A stretch of 38,380 nt of DNA from Acidobacteriota bacterium. Its GTDB lineage: Bacteria > Acidobacteriota > UBA6911. The notes below the pieces were generated by a model. That model worked only from the letters and a program-made list of their open reading frames with translations, did not search any database and was not told where the DNA came from. Positions 35,701 through 38,380 of the stretch are shown here, piece by piece. Numbering within the stretch: the stretch's first letter is position 1; each line of letters opens with the position of its first letter. Made by a program: the position numbers and the translations under genes. The DNA lies in assembly GCA_050010475.1 (NCBI GenBank), contig JBEKKY010000001.1:1-38380 (forward strand), in the 5' to 3' direction.

Positions 35701-37908
35701 ATGAAATACGACAGGGGGGGAATTCAGCGCGGTTACACCAACAGGATCCTCTGCATCGATCTGACAACCGGCGCGATGACTGCCCCGGAACTGGACCCGC
35801 AGGTGCGAGATTACTTCCTCGGCGGGCGCAGTCTGGGACTCTACCTGTTGCATAAAGCGATTACTCCTGGAACGTTGCCCGGAGATCCGGAGAATCCGCT
35901 GATCATTGCGAACGGACCGCTTGGGGGAATCCCGCAATTCCCTGGCACTGCAAAAGCGATGGCTGTGTCGCTCTCCCCTCTCACGGGCATTCCGGGCGTT
36001 TCCAATTTCGGTGGACACTTTGGGGCCTACCTCAAATATGCCGGGTTCGATGCTCTCCAGGTGACCGGAATCGCCGATCGCGACGTCAGCATCGTCATCA
36101 ATGGCTACAATAGAGAGGTAACGATTGAGGATACTCCTTCGGACGAGGAGGCTTTTGATCTGGAGCGCCACATTGCCGAACGCCTGACGTCCCAGGGGTA
36201 TGACAAACGGCATATCGCCTTTTTATCCACTGGAATTGGAGCGGCAAACACAGATTACGGCTGCATTAATAGCCACTATTTTGATGTCACGAAACCGGTT
36301 GACGGGCATAGAGGCCTCTTTCGCGTCAAACAGGCCGGACGCACAGGGATCGGCACCGTCATGAACAGGAAGAGGATCCAGTCCGTTATCGTCATGACCG
36401 ATAATCCTCGTGGGGAGAATCCTTATGGCGCGGCTGATTGGGAAAGAGTGAAACTGGCTGGAGCGAAACTGCACAAGGTCGTGAAGGATGTCGACCCGCA
36501 GTCGCTGAAAATGCATCGCAAGGGGAGCGCAGGCTTGATCAGCTTCATGAGCAAGATCGAGTACCAGTCGCTGCCGGTCCGCAATTTCCAGGGCGGATCG
36601 GATCCGAGGGCGGCGCAGATTTGCGGCAAGTACTATGCAGAACATCTCTTCGAGCATCGGGGAATGGACGGATGTTTCCCGGGTTGCAACCTCCAGTGTA
36701 CGAAAGGGGGGTGGGTGACGCTTGTGAGCGGCACGCATGCAGGCCGCCGGGTTTGGGTGGATGGGCCGGAGTACGAAACAGCCGCCGGTTTCGGTTCCAA
36801 TCTGGGAATATGGAACGCCGAATTCATCATGGAGGCAAACTGGCACTGTGACAATTATGGGATTGACACGATCACCACTGCCGGAGGCATGGCGTTCCTG
36901 ATGGAATGTTTCCAGCGTGGATACCTGATGCAAAAGAATGGCGAAGGGCTTGTCCTCTCGTGGGGAGACGAATCAAGCGCATTGGAGTTTATCCACCGCC
37001 TTGCTCACGGAGCGGCCGACATGGCGCGCGCAGCGGGAAAAGGAATCAAATTTCTGGTGGAATGGGTGGCACAAAAACACGCATCCAGAACAGGAGAAGA
37101 CATCCGGCCCGAGCTTGAAAAATTTGCCATGCACGCCAAGGGACTGCCGTTCACATTCTACCGGACCCATCGCTCGCTCTCGATGCAAGGTTCCTATGCC
37201 GCGGCCAGCGATATCGGCGCACATCACGCGGCGGCATGGCTCATCAAAGCCGACCTGCTGGGAGCTTTCCCGAGTTTTGAAGACAAGGCCCGTGCCCTCA
37301 TCAACTATCCCCGGGTGCGGCTCGGAAACGACAATATGGGAGTCTGCAAACTCCCTTGGGTAGACGTGTTTAATCCGGAATCTGCCAACCGCACCGGCGC
37401 CGATATATACATCAATCCGGCCTCTCAGGAAATCTACGCGGAATTCTACAATGGAGTGCTGGGCACAAACCTGAGCTGGGAGGATATTTTCGCCCAAACC
37501 GACCGGGATATTAATCTTCAGAGAATCCTCAACGTACTCCATTACGGGTGGGAAACAGGACGGCACGACTGGATTCCAGACCGGGCAATCGGTCCGACGG
37601 ATGACTTCCTCTACCAAGCTGAAGCGGAGTACAACGACAAAGACCTGGCTGCGCGAATCGGCGGGCCCATCGATGAAATGACCACCGGCTCCAAGCGAGA
37701 ACTGCTGATGAAATTGCGCAAAAAGGAACTGCGCCGTCTGATTGACGTCTATTATCAGGAGCGTGGCTGGAATAGTCGCGGCATTCCCCTGCCGGAGACG
37801 CTGAAGGAACTGGGATTATGGAATTTCCTGAATGACGAGACTCGTTCCATTATCGAACAACTGACTTCTAAAAAATGCCACGCTCTCCCCATGCATTGCA
37901 CAAATTAG
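35701..37908 (+). CDS. Aldehyde:ferredoxin oxidoreductase family protein (W/Mo-bis-pterin, 4Fe-4S)
   Basis: SPLTG...SNFGG, LKYAGFDAL, AGRTGIG, Cx3Cx3C cluster, GPEYET, CDNYGID, GVCKLPW, YYQERGW. AAGGA RBS before ATG 35701. Confidence 0.92.
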   Translation: MKYDRGGIQRGYTNRILCIDLTTGAMTAPELDPQVRDYFLGGRSLGLYLLHKAITPGTLPGDPENPLIIANGPLGGIPQFPGTAKAMAVSLSPLTGIPGVSNFGGHFGAYLKYAGFDALQVTGIADRDVSIVINGYNREVTIEDTPSDEEAFDLERHIAERLTSQGYDKRHIAFLSTGIGAANTDYGCINSHYFDVTKPVDGHRGLFRVKQAGRTGIGTVMNRKRIQSVIVMTDNPRGENPYGAADWERVKLAGAKLHKVVKDVDPQSLKMHRKGSAGLISFMSKIEYQSLPVRNFQGGSDPRAAQICGKYYAEHLFEHRGMDGCFPGCNLQCTKGGWVTLVSGTHAGRRVWVDGPEYETAAGFGSNLGIWNAEFIMEANWHCDNYGIDTITTAGGMAFLMECFQRGYLMQKNGEGLVLSWGDESSALEFIHRLAHGAADMARAAGKGIKFLVEWVAQKHASRTGEDIRPELEKFAMHAKGLPFTFYRTHRSLSMQGSYAAASDIGAHHAAAWLIKADLLGAFPSFEDKARALINYPRVRLGNDNMGVCKLPWVDVFNPESANRTGADIYINPASQEIYAEFYNGVLGTNLSWEDIFAQTDRDINLQRILNVLHYGWETGRHDWIPDRAIGPTDDFLYQAEAEYNDKDLAARIGGPIDEMTTGSKRELLMKLRKKELRRLIDVYYQERGWNSRGIPLPETLKELGLWNFLNDETRSIIEQLTSKKCHALPMHCTN

Positions 37909-37917
37909 AGCTGGAAA

Positions 37918-37941
37918 AATCCGTGGAATCCGTGGCGTTTT
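37918..37941. repeat. Single arm of the CCACGGATT-family repeat
   Basis: aatccgtggaatccgtggcgtttt, nearly identical to the right arm at 22461-22484. Confidence 0.8.
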
Positions 37942-38023
37942 GCGATTTATTTTTGACTCAGCTTGGAATCCAGAATTACCAGATAGGCGGCGATCAACTT
38001 GTAGCTGTCGGCTGATCGCTTCT

Positions 38024-38380
38024 TTATTTCTTTTTCTTAAAAAGATTGCGCAAGGTATCGCCCAGGGCTTTGCCAGTATCGGATTGACTGCCCTGGTTGC
38101 CCTGCCCGAGCGCAGAGCCCAGGAGACCGCCAGCCGCTTTTTTCATATCAGGGACAAACTTTGGCTCTGAGGCGGTACCGCGAACAAAGAAAGGAACATT
38201 CAGCGTGCCTCCCTTCACTAGACGCCCCAATCCCGCACCCAGCGCTCCGGAGGGTTTCAGCATCGCTTGCATGGTGAAATCCAGCGATTGATCGGCGGCA
38301 ATCCTGCCGTTGCCGCTCAGCTCTCCCAAAGCCGGAGCGACCAGAACTAAATTACTTACCTGAATCCCATCCGGCGCGAG
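38024..38380 (-). CDS. AsmA family protein, C-terminal part (5'-truncated)
   Basis: GELSGNGRI...LDF.M.A.L and VPFFVRGTASEPKFVPD, followed by a Gly/Leu-rich tail; frame open to the window end. Confidence 0.75.
   Translation of the reverse strand, partial: LAPDGIQVSNLVLVAPALGELSGNGRIAADQSLDFTMQAMLKPSGALGAGLGRLVKGGTLNVPFFVRGTASEPKFVPDMKKAAGGLLGSALGQGNQGSQSDTGKALGDTLRNLFKKKK

Overview
About 34 tightly packed, mostly housekeeping genes from a bacterial chromosome. The host is probably an anaerobic or facultative Acidobacteriota member; this is inferred from the GWxTD-domain protein, the Acidobacteria-type Hfq-like protein, the PEGA/TPR protein and the AOR-family enzyme. Gene order: mtaB (partial), small ORF, monomeric icd, acpS, pgeF, rlmN, M16 peptidase, MBL hydrolase, purB, polar amino acid ABC transporter, dihydropyrimidinase-like protein, Zn-ribbon/PEGA/TPR protein, coiled-coil membrane protein, PP2C phosphatase, yggU, yggS, tmk, holB, TPR protein, hfq-like, pdxA, pepA, smpB, rfbD, rfbB, rfbA, GWxTD protein, acyl-CoA dehydrogenase, trpS, pepP, AOR, AsmA (partial). 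I recognised no rRNA, tRNA, CRISPR array, transposase or integrase. The most striking unexplained structure is non-coding. Most intergenic gaps hold an inverted-repeat element whose arms are short tandem arrays with a period of 7, 8 or 9-10 bp. The unit sequence varies but the architecture does not, and several elements have invaded gene 3' ends and supply the stop codons. A second, REP/REPIN-like palindrome family includes a perfect 66-bp palindrome. Protein-level oddities include a hydantoinase homologue lacking two canonical metal ligands and a HolB with a duplicated zinc module.
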